This document shows, one piece after another, positions 1-13,935 of a DNA stretch of 64,000 nucleotides; the first letter of the stretch is position 1, and each line of letters starts with the position of its first letter. A model generated the notes under the pieces. It did no database searches. It was given only the letters and a program-made list of their open reading frames with translations, and was not told where the DNA came from. Source of the DNA: the human T2T-CHM13v2.0 reference genome, Homo sapiens; the NCBI RefSeq assembly GCF_009914755.1, contig NC_060936.1; one strand, written 5' to 3'. A program made the translations under genes and the position numbers.

Positions 1-693
1 TGTGTTCTGAGAGATAGTTTGTTATAATTTCTGTTTTTTTTACATTTGCTGAGGACAGCTTTTCTTCCTCAAAATGTGGTCAATTTTGGAATAGGTGTGG
101 TGTGGTGCTGAAAAAAATGAATATTCTGTTGATTTGGGGTGGAGAGTTCTGTAGATGTCTATTACGTCTGCTTGGTGCAGAGCTGAGGTCAATTCCTGGG
201 TATCCTTGTTAACTTTCTGTCTCGTTGATCTGTCTAATGTTGACAGTGGGGTGTTAAAGTCTCCTATTATTATTGTGTGGGAGTCTAAGTCTTTTTGTAT
301 GTCACTCAGGACTTGCTTTATGAATCTTGGTGCTCCTGTATTGGGTGCATATATATTTAGGATAGTTAGCTCTTCTTGTTGAATTGATCCCTTTACCATT
401 ATGTAATGGCCTTCTTTGTCTCTTTTGATCTTTGTTGGTTTAAAGTCTGTTTTATCAGAGACTAGGATTGCAACCCCTGCCTTTTTTTGTTTTCCATTTG
501 CTTGGTAGATCTTCCTCCATCTTTTTATTTTGAGCCTATGTGTGTCTCTGCACGTGAGATGGGTTTCCTGAATACAGCACACTGATGGGTCGTGACTCTT
601 TATCCAATTTGCCAGTGTGTGTCTTTTAATTGGAGCATTTAGTCCATTTACATTTAAAGTTAATATTGTTATGTGTGAATTTGATCCTGTCGT
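1..693 (-). pseudogene. L1 ORF2p endonuclease domain, disrupted
   Basis: The start codon reads ACG instead of ATG (693-691). The APE-type EN sequence appears in ORF 40..582, with a frameshift near position 65. Confidence 0.9.
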
Positions 694-756
694 TATGATG
701 TTAGCTGGTTATTTTGCTCGTTAGTTGATGCAGTTTCTTCCTAGTCTCTATGGTCT

Positions 757-1773
757 TTACAGTTTGGCATGATTTTACAGCGGCTGGTACCAGTTGTTCC
801 TTTCCATGTTTTAGCACTTCCTTCAGGAGCTCTTTTAGGGCAGGCCTGGTGGTGACAAAATCTCTCAGCATTTGCTTGTCTGTAAAGTATTTTATTTCTC
901 CTTCACTTATGAAGCTTAGTTTGGCTGGATATGGAATTCTGGGTTGAAAATTCTTTTCTTTGAGAATGTTGAATATTGCCCCCCACTCTCATCTGGCTTG
1001 TAGAGTTTCTGCCGAAAGATCCACTGTTAGTCTGATGGGCTTCCCTTTGAGTGTAACCCGACCTTTCTCTCTGGCTGCCCTTAACATTTTTCCTTCATTT
1101 CAACTTTGGTGAATCTGACAATTATGTGTCTTGGAGTTGCTCTTCTTGAGGAGTATCTTTGTGGCGTTCTCTGTATTTCCTGAATCTGAATGTTGGCCTG
1201 CCTTTCTAGATTGGGGAAGTTCTCCTGGATAATATCCTGCAGAGTGTTTTCCAACTTGGTTCCATTCTCCCCGTCACTTTCAGGTACATCAATCAGACGT
1301 AGATTTGGTCTTTTCACATAGTCCCATATTTCTTGGAGGCTTTGCTCATTTCTTTTTATTCTTTTTTCTCTAAACTTCCCTTCTTGCTTCATTTCATTCA
1401 TTTCATCTTCCATTGCTGATACCCTTTCTTCCAGTTGATCGCACCGGCTCCTGAGGCTTCTGCATTCTTCACGTAGTTCTCGAGCCTTGGTTTTCAGCTC
1501 CATCAGCTCCTTTAAGCACTTCTCTGTATTGGTTATTCTAGTTATATATTCTTCTAAATTTTTTTCAAAGCTTTCAACTTCTTTGCCTTTGGTTTGAATG
1601 TCCTCCCGTAGCTTGGAGTAATTTGATCATCTGAAGCCTTCTTCTCTCAGTTCGTCAAAGTCATCCTCCGTCCAGCTTTGTTCCGTTGCTGGTGAGGAAC
1701 TGCGTTCCTTTGGAGGAGGAGAGGTGCTCTGCTTTTTAGAGTTTCCAGTTTTTCTGCTCTGTTTTTTCCCCAT
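757..1773 (-). pseudogene. L1 ORF1p, disrupted
   Basis: ATG GGG AAA AAA CAG at 1773. CGA>TGA at codon 49 (1629-1627), a 1-nt deletion near 1090 (EMKEKC* instead of EMKEKML) and a compensating insertion near 810. TAA at 759-757. Confidence 0.9.
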
Positions 1774-2228
1774 CTTTGTGGTTTTATCTACTTTTGGTCT
1801 TTGATGATGGTGATGTACAGATGGGTTTTTGGTGTGGATGTCCTTTCTGTTTGTTAGTTTTCCTTCTAACAGACAGGACCCTCAACTGCAGGTCTGTTGG
1901 AGTACTGGGCCCTGTGAGGTGTCAGTCTGCCCCTGCTGGGGGGTGCCTCCCAGTTAGGCTGCTCAGGGGTCAGGGGTCAGGGACCCACTTGAGGAGGCAG
2001 TCTGCCCGTTCTCAGATCTCCAGTTGCATGCTGGGAGAACCACTGCTCTCTTCAAAGCTGTCAGACAGGGACATTTAAGTCTGCAGAGGTAACTGCTGTC
2101 TTTTTGTTTGTCTGTGCCCTGCCCCCAGAGGTGGAGCCTACAGAGGCAGGCAGGCCTCCTTGAGCTGTGGTGGGCTCCACCCAGCTCGCACTTCCCGGCT
2201 GCTTTGTTTACCTAAGCAAGCCTGGGCA

Positions 2229-2384
2229 ATGGCGGGCGCCCCTCCCCCAGACTCGCTGCCGCCTTGCAGTTTGATCTCAGACTGCTGTGCTAGGAATCAG
2301 CGAGATTCCTTGGGCATAGGACCCTCCGAGCCAGGTGCGGGATGTAATCTCCTGGTGTGTGGTTTTTTAAGCCCGTCGGAATAG
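2229..2384 (+). pseudogene. L1 antisense ORF0, truncated at 51 aa
   Basis: ATG GCG GGC GCC CCT CCC CCA encodes MAGAPPPDSLPPCSLISDCC...FLSPSE*. This matches primate L1 ORF0 (about 71 aa) with a premature TAG. Confidence 0.85.
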
Positions 2385-2681
2385 CGCAGTATTTGGGTGG
2401 GAGTGACCCGATTTTCCAGGTGCCATCTGTCACCCCTTTCTTTGACTAGGAAAGGGAACTCCCTGACCCCTTGTGCTTCCCGAGTGAGGCAATGCCTCAT
2501 TCTGCTTGGGCTCGCTCACGGTGCACGCACCCACTGACCTGCACCCACTGTCTGGCACTCCCTAGTGAGATGAACCCGCTACCTCAGATGGAAATGGAGA
2601 AATCACCCGTCTTCTGCGTCGCTCACGCTGGGAGATGTAGACCGGAGCTGTTCCTATTCGGCCATCTTGGCTCCTCCCCCC

Positions 2682-3020
2682 AAATCTTATCTTGAATTGG
2701 AGCTTCCATAATCCCCACATGTTGTGGGAGACAACCAGTGGGAGGTAATTGAATCATATGGCTGTTTTTTTCCCTTGATGTTCTCATGATAGCGAATAAG
2801 TCTCACAAGGTCTGATGGATTTATGAAGGACATTTCGCCTGCACGTGCTCTCTTGCCTGCTGCCCTGTAAGATGTGCCTTTGCTCCTCCTTTGCCTTCCA
2901 CCATGATTGTGAGGCCTCCCCAGCCATGTGGAACTGTGAGTCCATTAAACCTCCTTTTCTTTATAAATTACACAGTCTCAGGTATTTCTTCTTAGCAGTA
3001 TGAACGTGGCCTAATGCACA
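2682..3020 (+). mobile_element. THE1/MST (MaLR) LTR whose first ~25 bp are cut off by the L1 insertion
   Basis: CAAATCTTATCTTGAATTG...GGGAGGTAATTGAATCAT...CCATGATTGTGAGGCCTCCCCAGCCATGTGGAACTGTGAGTCCATTAAACCT...GCCTAATGCA. Confidence 0.9.
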
Positions 3021-4130
3021 TATCTTATGAGCAAGTGATTTCACTTATGGGTATATATGATAGAAAAATGTGTGCATATGTGCACCAAGTATAAGAATGT
3101 TCATGCTAGCATTGTTCCTAATAGCTCAAATTTAAAATTGACCTAAATGCCCATCAATAATAGCTTAGATAATACCATATGGTATTGTATTAGTCAGGTT
3201 CTCCAGAGAAACAGAATGAATAGGATAGAAAATAGATAGATGAAAGACAGATAGATAGACAGAGATTTATTATGAGAGACTGGCTCACATGATTATGAAG
3301 TCCCCCCATTTCCTATCTGCAAGCTAAAGGCCCAGGAAATGTGGTGGTATAGTTCCAGTTCAAGTACAAAGCCTGAGAACAAGAAGTGCTGATGTCAGGG
3401 CAGGAAGTGATGGATGTCCCAGCTCCAACAGAGAGAGTAAATTCACCCTTCCTCTACCTCTTTGTTCTACTTAGGCCTTCAACAGATTGGATGATGCCCA
3501 GCCACATTGGTGAGGACCATCTTCTTTACTCAGTCTACTCACTTAAATGCTAATCTCTTCAGTAAACATCCTCAATGGCATACCCAGAAATAATGTTTTG
3601 GCAGCTATCTGGGTATCCCTTAACCCTGTCAAACTGGCACATAAACTTAACCGTCACAGGTAACTTTCATGTAATAAAATATTATACGACAATGAATATG
3701 TAGAGCCTATTGCTACATTCAACAGGAATGTATCTTACACACATAAATAGGATGGAGAAGCCAAACACAAAATAATACATGCTGTAAGATTACTTTTTAA
3801 AAAGTTCAAGGACAGTAATTGCCATGGTTTGATCATTACACATTTGAGCACGTATCAAAATATTACACATACCCCCAAAATATGTACAACTATTATATAT
3901 CAAAAAAAAGTACAAGAACAGGAAAAATTGGTCTATTTCATCAGGATATTGTTTATATTTGGAAAGGCAGGTGAGGGTAGTGAGTGATAGGGAGCGTGAA
4001 GGGACTTCTAGGGAGATGGTTTTTCCTAATCTGGGTGGTAATTGCAGTGTGTGAAAATTCATTAAGTTTTACACTTATGACTTGCACAGTTTTATATATA
4101 TCCATGTTATGTTTCAATAAGATACTAAAA
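3021..4130 (+). mobile_element. Old L1M (L1ME-like) 3' fragments interrupted by an MLT2 LTR
   Basis: Degenerate L1 ORF2 end and 3'UTR motifs (AAGAATGTTCAT..CCTAAATGCCCATCAA; TACACTTATGACTTGCACAGTTTT). Confidence 0.6.
3186..3658 (-). mobile_element. MLT2 (ERVL) solo LTR
   Basis: TGTATTAGTCAGGTTCTCCAGAGAAACAGAA...(TAGA)n...CACATAAACTTAACCGTCACA, with a 5-bp TSD GGTAT/GGTAA. Confidence 0.88.
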
Positions 4131-4269
4131 ATTCACTAAACCTAGTTGTACATAACTCTGCATTTCTAATTATGTCCTAAGGTAAAATTGTTAGAATAGG
4201 GAGTGTGGCTATTTCATGCACATATCTCCTACAAGGGGCTTATAAAAGTTATTATTCTTGGTTAACAAG

Positions 4270-4760
4270 AAATACAGATGACTAAAGAACAAATTATAAT
4301 CAAGTGTGATAAGTCCTATGATAGGGAAGATTTAAGATGCTTTGAAAATGGAGTGGGCTTGGCAGCAGCAGTCTAGGAATCAGGAGAAGTTTCTCAGAGG
4401 GAACAATGGATATGAGACTACCTGAAAAGAAAAAAGCCTGGGTATTACATGGGGACCAATGAGGAGAAGAAGGTGCCCAGCAAAAAGAAAGGCACTGTGA
4501 AGGCACCAAATTGAGAGAAGCCTAGTGAGGCTCAGAGGTTGTAAGAAGGACAGTATGGCTGGAGTATGAAAATTGAGGCCGGAGTGATGGACAAAAGTGG
4601 ATGGTGAGTGCTTTATAGACCCCGCTAAAAAAAAAATAATAATAAATAAATAAATAAAAACTGTGCTTTATCTAACAGGTAATAGGCCACCTTGGAGGGC
4701 AAACAAATGGTGAAATAATAATGTTCGCCTTTTACACCTAATTCAGACTACAGTGGAGGA
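4270..4760 (-). mobile_element. L2 fragment
   Basis: Purine-rich degenerate L2 motifs (GGAATCAGGAGAAGTTTCTCAGAGG..., AGTATGGCTGGAG). Confidence 0.55.
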
Positions 4761-6196
4761 CAGCTTAATGCATGTTAGTCTGTAAAGTAAAAATCTGAAA
4801 TATCATCATGACTCTACAAAGAACTTGCTTAGATAAGCAGAAATACGTTATATTGCTTAAAAGTTTCTCTCTCTAATATTTCATTGTTTGTAAATGATGA
4901 GATTCTCCTTTAGAGAATATTGTCATATAGATATTTTAAAAGTGGATAGATCAACATTTCCCTCCTCACTTAATCTGCTGTGCCCAGAAACATTGACTGA
5001 CTACTTACCTATTTTCCATTTCCAAAACCAATTATTGGGATGAAAACTACTGGTATTGAGTGATTTGCAAATTACCAGAAGGACAAACTCTCTGATGAAT
5101 TGTAGATTTCTATATAATTATCTTTCTTTCCTTTAAACTAGTGTCCCTTAAATTTGAGGAAACCACAGCTGAAATCAAACAAATCAACTCAACAATCACA
5201 AGCTATTCAGTTGACTAAAATTATTATTAAAATGTTATTTAAATATATACAATGTAAAATCAGTTATAGACTTCTTGTTCTTGTAACTCATATCAAAACA
5301 AATTTAAAAATAAAACGAAGATACAAGGCCAGTAATATTAAAATTAATAACTGATTTAATATGACTACTGATGTTGTTTTGCTGAAATTACATTGCTGCC
5401 CATGGGCCTAGATATCTGAATCCTTCCACCGTACTTTTCTGTCCTAGTTTTTGGCAGACAGTGCTGACATTTGGACATCACTTAGTGCAAAATCATTATT
5501 TATCATTAAGTTCACATCTGTTCCTTTCTTATTAACCAGAGATTGTACCAATGAAATTGGCACTTGGCACCAATGAAATTGTAAACACATACTCTAGGAA
5601 TACAATTATAGGAAACATTTAGTTACCCCATGGTCATCTAGAAGATCCAGAATATGCCTGCATTATTTTTAAAGATATCATCCAAAGATAATAATCAAAT
5701 GATCAGAAGTTTTAAATTCTCCTTAGTACTCTCAGAATTTGTGGGAAGCATGTTCTTAGACCAGAACCAGCTTGAAGAACCCTAAATTAAGTCGTTATAG
5801 GCAAGAGTTAAAATGCAAATATTATTTGTAAAGAATAGCACAGGCAAACTTTTCACATCCTAACGCAAAATAATTTGAGAAGAGAAGGGCTTTGAAGAAA
5901 AGGAAATACAACCTTTTTTGGCTTGATTCAGGGATTAGAAATGGTCAATATTTAAAGCATTTGTAGTGGTCTGAAGCTTTCAGAAGGTGCTAAAATTACA
6001 GAGTCCACAGTGATCATCATCCAGGATAAAGAAGGTGATTAAAGAGGGGCTGAGGAAGAATGTAAAGCATAATGTGAATGTCTAATAAAAATTATTCTTA
6101 ACATTAGTAAATACGGATACAGTTACACTTTTCATTTCAGATACACTTGTGTAGAATTAAAGTTATTCAGGAAAGTAAAGAGGCAGATTTAGAAAA

Positions 6197-6204
6197 TGAC
6201 GTCA
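6197..6204. promoter_or_regulatory. Perfect palindromic CRE (TGACGTCA)
   Basis: TGACGTCA with an intact CpG in non-repeat DNA, and AGATAA about 50 bp downstream. Function is not shown. Confidence 0.3.
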
Positions 6205-7109
6205 GGCCCCAGCGGGACTGTGTACCTTGCTAATGCAAAAAAGCTCTCAGATAAGATTGACCGATTGACATTTTTGGCACTTGAGACACTATTGATCCTG
6301 TATATTCATGACTTTCTCTTACTTAAATTGTAACTCCTGTTCTTAAAAAAGTAGTCTTATTATGGATTGGCAGATTGCTTATTTCTGAAATGGCTCATAT
6401 GGCATGAAATGGCATAATCTAAGCAATCCAGTTTGGGAGGATTTGAAAAACCACTTGAAAATCTTGGAAAACACAGCAACTCTTTAGGAAAAAAAAATAC
6501 TAGCAGACTTAAATGATAGAGTGGAATTCCAGATCTGGAGATATTGACCTAGATACATGATCCTTGTGAATTTCAGGTTTGTTCACTCTAATAGGTGGGA
6601 GTTTACATAAATAATTACTGGCTCAACCTCTCTATATCATCAAATCAAGCAGAAAGATACATTTCCTCCAACTTGTATCCCAAAGTTCTATAATATTAAT
6701 ATTAGACAAAAAGACAAATAAATTATGCCTCCCTCTAATTATTCACTTGGATCTCACATCCATCATATAAAGAGTATTTCTATCTCACTCCATATATATG
6801 CTTGGTCCTGAGCACTCGTGGGCTAAGTCCTAACTGACAAGCAATCTCTTTCTGTGCTTTGAATGCAGGAAGAAAAGTACAATATATTTTTATAATACTA
6901 TTTTCATTATCTCAATCTGTAAAAAGAAATCGCAGCCTTTCTTATTACTGACACCTAGAACTTTACAGTGAATTTATTTTTCTGTTTATTTTGCATAATC
7001 AAACACTGTTTAGCCAGAGAAATACTGCCTTCAGGCCACTATGAAGTTATACAAAATCATGATTCATTAATGATTAAATAAAGAATGCTACCTATTCAAG
7101 TTAATAAAA

Positions 7110-7268
7110 TTTTTTTCTTTTAGAAACAGGGTCTCACACTGTCAGCCCAGCTGGAGTGCAGTGGCACAATCATAGCTCTCTGAAGCCTAGAACTCCTGAG
7201 CTCAAGCCATCCTCCCACTTCAGCCTCTAGAGTAACTAGGACTATAGGCATGAGCCACAATGTCTGAC
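7110..7268 (-). mobile_element. Alu monomer (FRAM/FAM or AluJ arm)
   Basis: AGAAACAGGGTCTCAC...GGAGTGCAGTGGCACAATCATAGCTC...CTCAAGCCATCCTCCCACTTCAGCCTC...GCATGAGCCAC. Confidence 0.85.
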
Positions 7269-7975
7269 AATATATTTTTTCAGAACTTTTTTTTGTTTTA
7301 CTTTTTTTCCTTTCTTTCCTTGTTTTTTTTAAATTCTGATTAGCATAAGATAGTGATGAATCTTCAAGGGGAGCACTCTGTTCTCTGGCACTCAGAAAAG
7401 CTCAGTTTGGGTGGCCATACTAGAGAGGCATAAAATGCCATGTGGGTCAGCAAGCCCAGATTAAAGAGCTGCCTCAGACAGATGTCTGTCCCCAGAATAA
7501 CCACAGGAAGCCCTTTGACCTCCAGGTTGTCCCATCACTCTCCACCTTCTGTGACAGGCTGCTCTTTGGGGTTGGGTTCCTGAGCAGCTGCCTCTTTTCT
7601 GCTCATTCTCTAGAATCTGCTAAGGACAAATGTCATCTTATTAAATGTCATCTTATTCATCATTCCTTCGAATACCTTCATTTACCTGTGTCTTCTGATA
7701 ACACCTCTCAGAAAGCTATAGTTCTTGAAAGTTTCTATAGGATTTCTAAAATTTCAAATATGCAGTCACTTAAAAAAAAACCACACCACAGAAAATCTGG
7801 CAATTGCTATTCAGGAAAAAAATTTTAAAAGATGAGCAATTGGGCTATGCTGGCTTTGAAGAAGTAGACTCATAAAATCAGGAGAAGGTGGGAGTTAAGT
7901 AGTGGAAAGCAACTTCTTCTCATGAGCTGAAGAGCAGCTGACAACTCACTTGAATGTTACCATGCAGACCTTTTT

Positions 7976-8779
7976 TTTAAATTTTTTATTTTATTTTATT
8001 ATTATTATACTTTAAGTTTTAGGGTACATGTGCACAATGTGCAGGTTAGTTACATATGTATACATGTGCCATGCTGCTGTGCTGCACCCATTAACTCGTC
8101 ATTTAGCATTAGGTATATCTCCTAATTCTATCCCTCCCCCCTCCCCCCACCCCACAACAGTCCCCAGAGTGTGATGTTCCCCTTCCTGTGTCCATGTGTT
8201 CTCATTGTTCAATTCCCACCTATGAGTGAGAACATGAGATGTTTGGTTTTTCGTCCTTGCGATAGTTTACTGAGAATAATGGTTTCCAATTTCATCCATG
8301 TCCCTACAAAGGACATGAACTCATCATTTTTTATGGCTGCATAGTATATTCCATGGTATATATGTGCCACATTTTCTTAATCCAGTCTATCATTGTTGGA
8401 CATGTGGGTTGGTTCCAAGTCTTTGCTATTGTGAATAGTGCCACAATAAACATACGTGTGCATGTGTCTTTATAGCAGCATGATTTATAGTCCTTTTGGT
8501 ATATACCCAGTAATGGGATGGCTGGGTCAAATGGTATTTCTAGTTCTAGATCCGTGAGGAATCGCCACACTGACTTCCACAAGGGTTGAACTAGTTTACA
8601 GTCCCACCAACAGTGTAAAAGTGTTCCTATTTCTCCACATCCTCTCCAGCACCTGTTGTTTCCTGACTTTTTAGTGACTGCCATTCTAACTGGTGTGAGA
8701 TGGTATCTCATTGTGGTTTTGATTTGCATTTCTCTGACGGCCAGTGATGGTGAACATTTTTTCATGTGTTTTTTGGCTG
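7976..8779 (-). mobile_element. 5'-truncated L1PA3-like element (~0.8 kb) with 17-bp TSD
   Basis: ORF2 C-terminus ([25 protein letters not shown]), 3'UTR and A-tail. TSD ACCATGCAGACCTTTTT at 7959-7975 and 8780-8796. Confidence 0.95.
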
Positions 8780-9113
8780 ACCATGCAGACCTTTTTAAGG
8801 CCTCTAAAATATATTTTCTCATTAATTATTTAAAGGGTCTACCAGATTTGATTAAGTGTGGTTTGGATTTTTAGTTACGATCTCTGGAAAGTTGATTCTA
8901 AAGATTTCTAACACATGTGAGGCTAAATATGGACTTACTTGAACTTTCATAGTTAATTTCTGTTTATCTGCTCTCATAAACATTGGCATTTAAGAATTAA
9001 ATAATTGTAGACCACGTACAATAAGACAACTCATAAAATAATTTTCAGTGCATAATCTCTTAGATGGCAAAATCGATGATTGCTTTAAAAAATATGCCAT
9101 TCCCTTTGACAAC

Positions 9114-9580
9114 TGTATTTATTTCTTATGACCACTGTAAGTAATTACCACAAGCTTGGTGGCTTAAAATAACAGAGATTTATTCTGTCACAGTTCTGGA
9201 GCCAGAGGTTCCAAATCAGTGTCAGTGAACCAGAATCAAGACATTGTCAGGGTCATACTCCCTCTAAAGGATCTAAGGAGAATCCATCCCTTGCTTCTTC
9301 TAGCTTTTGGTGACTGCTAGAATGCTTTGGCTTGTGGTCACATCAGTCCAACATTTACCTTCCTCCTCTTTGCCTTTTCCTCTTCTATACATGTCAAATC
9401 CTCCTCTGTCTCCCGCTTATAAAGACATATATTGAATTTAGGACTAATCCTGATAATTTAGGATAATATTCCTACCTCAATATCCTTAATCACACATGTA
9501 AAGTCTTTGCCACATGAATTAAAATTTGCAGTTTCCAGGGATTGAGACCTGATATCTTAGAGAGCTACTACTCAGTCTTC
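9114..9580 (-). mobile_element. MLT1 (MaLR) LTR
   Basis: TTACCACAAGCTTGGTGGCTTAAAATAACAGAGATTTATTCTGTCACAGTTCTGGAG... is a typical MLT1B-D antisense sequence. Confidence 0.85.
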
Positions 9581-10064
9581 TGTTTTTCCAACTTAGGCTT
9601 CTTCTCTTGGAGTGATAATCTCAATAAAAAATTCCCATAAGCAACGTGATTGTTTCACAGTTAATAAGTTTATGTTACTATTCCGAATAACAAAACATGT
9701 AAAACATTATACTATAAATTACCTGGCAAACTTTTCAAATGGTTTCAAAACAATGTTTCTCAGAGGTGCTGTTTTACAAAATGACCTAACATTATGTATT
9801 TCATACCTGAATCAGTATATTTGCCACATAAATTTCCCCAAATATTCATCATTAAGAAGTATTGAGTGATAAATACCCTAATTTTTCTATTCCCATTTTT
9901 TCCTAGTTCTCCTGGACGTAGGTAAAATAAAGTACAAACTTTAAGCTTTATTTAATATCTATAACTAAATAATTCTATTTGTTACATAAATTGACATTAA
10001 ATATGTAGATTCTAAATCTGAGAATGCACTAGATACTGTCAATCCAAAAATCCATTCATCTTAC

Positions 10065-10267
10065 CTCCACCACTGATAGTTCATCTCTTTCCTGTACTGC
10101 CATGCACAATTTCTCGGGAGCTTGCTCCTGTATTGGGGCTTTAATCTTTTTCAATGATACTACTACATGAGCTGATTTTAAGCCCCTCCTAGACTCGTAG
10201 TAGAAATGTCTCCATTGAGATGAATAACTCACATGTTTTCCAGGAACGATACTCACAGGTATGCAGT
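10065..10267 (-). pseudogene. Candidate 203-nt exon of a decayed minus-strand gene
   Basis: Acceptor tttgtggctgtttcag| and donor GAG|gtaaga. One frame is open across the exon (phase 1 to 0, 67 codons, CIPVSIVPGKH...RDELSVVE). The sequence is not recognisably repeat-derived. Confidence 0.45.
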
Positions 10268-10799
10268 CTGAAACAGCCACAAACATGTTCTCACATTTGT
10301 TTCAACTGAGCTTTCCTTCCATCATCAAGCTACCAGGACTACCATTTCTTCATTTCCCGAATTCATCCTTGGATGCATCCCTAAACACTCAACATAAGGA
10401 AACACACTACACAAACTCTTCAAAAATTCCCAAGGGAGAAAACTAAATTCCTTGGCTGTAAGTCTTCATTTGTGTCTTTTTCCTCTTCAATCACTTTCTA
10501 TCCATGATGTATGCCACTCATTCTCTATGTACTTATATTTTACCTGGTCATTTTCTTTTTCTACCTCTCTGAGCAGTTTTTTCCAGACTTCCATTTACAG
10601 ACTCCATTGCTAAAGCAGCTGTTATTTACTGCCCAGCAACCCTTTCCCCACATTCAAGGGCATAACATCTCAGTTTTCCTCCTCTAAGCCAGATGATTAG
10701 GTTAATTTAAACCCCATCCTCATTACTAAAAGTTGGCCCTGATTGACTTAAACCAGTTGTATCCTGCTGGCTCTAGAGATTGGTGCAGGGGGGTGCATT

Positions 10800-12400
10800 A
10801 GAGTTAAGATGTGTTTCAATGCAAGCAACATAAAACTCATCTAATAGGACATTTATTGTTGTCTCATCAAAAATCACAAAGACAAAAATATTCAACTCGT
10901 ATCCATAACAAACAAAGTAAAACAGCAGTAGAGCTGCCTTTCAAGAAACCTAAGGAAAGAAAATGCAAACCACAGGTCTTCATATATCAAAGCTGAAGAA
11001 ACATATTTTGAACATGGAAGAACTCATCCGATGCTCTCCACCTGTGCCCTTTTTGAGGAATCTACTGCAGGGTAAGCTTTATACAACCTAAAGCCGACTG
11101 GAAAATTCCAGCAAAGGAACTGATGGTGAATACTGCACATAACTGAAAAGCTAAAACGTAAACCGTAGTGAGGTTATAGAAGAATAATTTCCAAGCATTA
11201 TACTTTCTGACAGAGTAGAAAGAATGCAACTTTAAACAGGTGAAAACAAGGGAGAAAGAATGTAGAAAGTAGAATGATATTATTAACTTTTGTATAGGTA
11301 ACAGGCCTCAAAAGATACGATTTAAAACTAATATGGGAGATAGCAAAAAGGTTAAATACAGAAAAAATCATATTAAGGGCATTATAAAATGTATTAATGT
11401 AAAATTAGCCACTAGAATAAAATATAAAGCTTTTTAAATACCAAAACTATTTTTTAAAAAAGGAAAAAAGACACACCAAAGAGAAAAAGAAACAGTAAAT
11501 ATTACATAATTTGCATATATACAACTTAAGATGATACAGCATAATAGAGCAGACAAAATAATAAGGACATGAAAGATCTAAACAACATAATAATATAGAT
11601 CTTTTTGGGTATATATCAAGCACTACACCCAAAAGTTTAAAAAAATCATTTTTCTCAAGTATGCATGAAATAGTCACAACAATTGACTCTATATTAAGGC
11701 ACACACAAAAACATAGTAACTTTCATGCAGTGGAAATACTCTGTAAACACTTATCTCAGTGCAATATGACCAGAAACTAAAAATAAAAGCAAAATATAAA
11801 AATGCACGACCTAGAAGGGACATAAAATGTGGAATGGGGCAAGGCAAGAAAGAACCCTATTGGAATGGATTAGAATTTCTAAAATATGTGTGTATGATGT
11901 ATATATGCATGTACATGTATGTATATATAAAAATACAGATGTATGTGTATGTGTGTATGGTTTTCTACCCACATATACATATCCTTGTTTATGTGAACAT
12001 GCATACGATCTATGTGGGTAGTATGTATGTATGAGTATACACATGCATATATTTTCTAATTTAGTTCACTGAAAGGGCAAAGGTCCCCAACAGCAATGAC
12101 TGCAATGAGCATGTCTAGATACCAGATCTTAGTCTCTACTACCACTCAACCTAAAAAGGAACCAGGGCTCTTCTGAGTAATGACTAATTCCAGGGTTAGG
12201 GCAGGGCAGGTACAAGATGAGCCTGGAACATTAGTTCTGCCAGAAAGTAAGAGCTATCCAAAACATGATGTGGAACATTTCACAAGAAAATAAGAACCAA
12301 TTTGAAGACCATTTGAACAAGATAAATAAGGACAGCAATGAATTATAAATCATTGAAAAAAATAATATATGAGTCTATCATGATGAGAGAGAGAGAGAGA
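10800..12400 (+). mobile_element. Old L1M/L1MC fragments with a (TATG)-rich tract
   Basis: A-rich degenerate ORF2-like sequence and L1MC 3'-end motifs (CAGATCTTAGTCTCTA..AAAAGGAACCAGGGCTC). Confidence 0.55.
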
Positions 12401-12837
12401 AATGGGAGAATTAATGAGGTCTCTTGCTCACAATAAAATGCTAGGTGCTGACAAGCAAATGATCATATTTTGTTTCTTGATCAGTTAATATGGTGAATTA
12501 CATTGACTGATTTTCAAATGATAAACCAATATTGTATTCTTGGGTAATCCATTTTTATACATTTTATTAGGGATTTTTGTGTCAATTTTGTATGTTCATG
12601 AAAGACATTTATCTGTAGTTTTTTCTTCTTTTAAAAGTTTTGTCTGGCTTAATGTCATGGTATTCCTGGCCTCATAAAATGAGTTAGAAAATGTTCCTTC
12701 TATTTTCTAAAAGAATTTTTGTAGAATTGACTCCTTTTTTCCCCTTTGTTCACTAAAATATCATCATGGGACAGAATAATTTTTAAGAATGTTTGCACCT
12801 GATTTAAGGCCTTTCTTCTTTTCCATGTAAGGATTTA

Positions 12838-13935
<1,098 letters not shown>

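Larger units (their letters stand above)
1..2681 (-). mobile_element. L1PA2/L1PA3 LINE-1, 5' part of a probably full-length element (5'UTR, ORF1, start of ORF2); continues beyond the left edge
   Basis: The reverse complement starts GGGGGGAGGAGCCAAGATGGCCGAATAGGAACAGCTCCGG (L1 5' end with YY1 site) at 2681. The 5'UTR is 908 bp (1774-2681), ORF1 spans 1773-757, a 63-nt spacer follows, and ORF2 endonuclease motifs are present (CCIQETHL, GDFNTPL). Confidence 0.97.
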
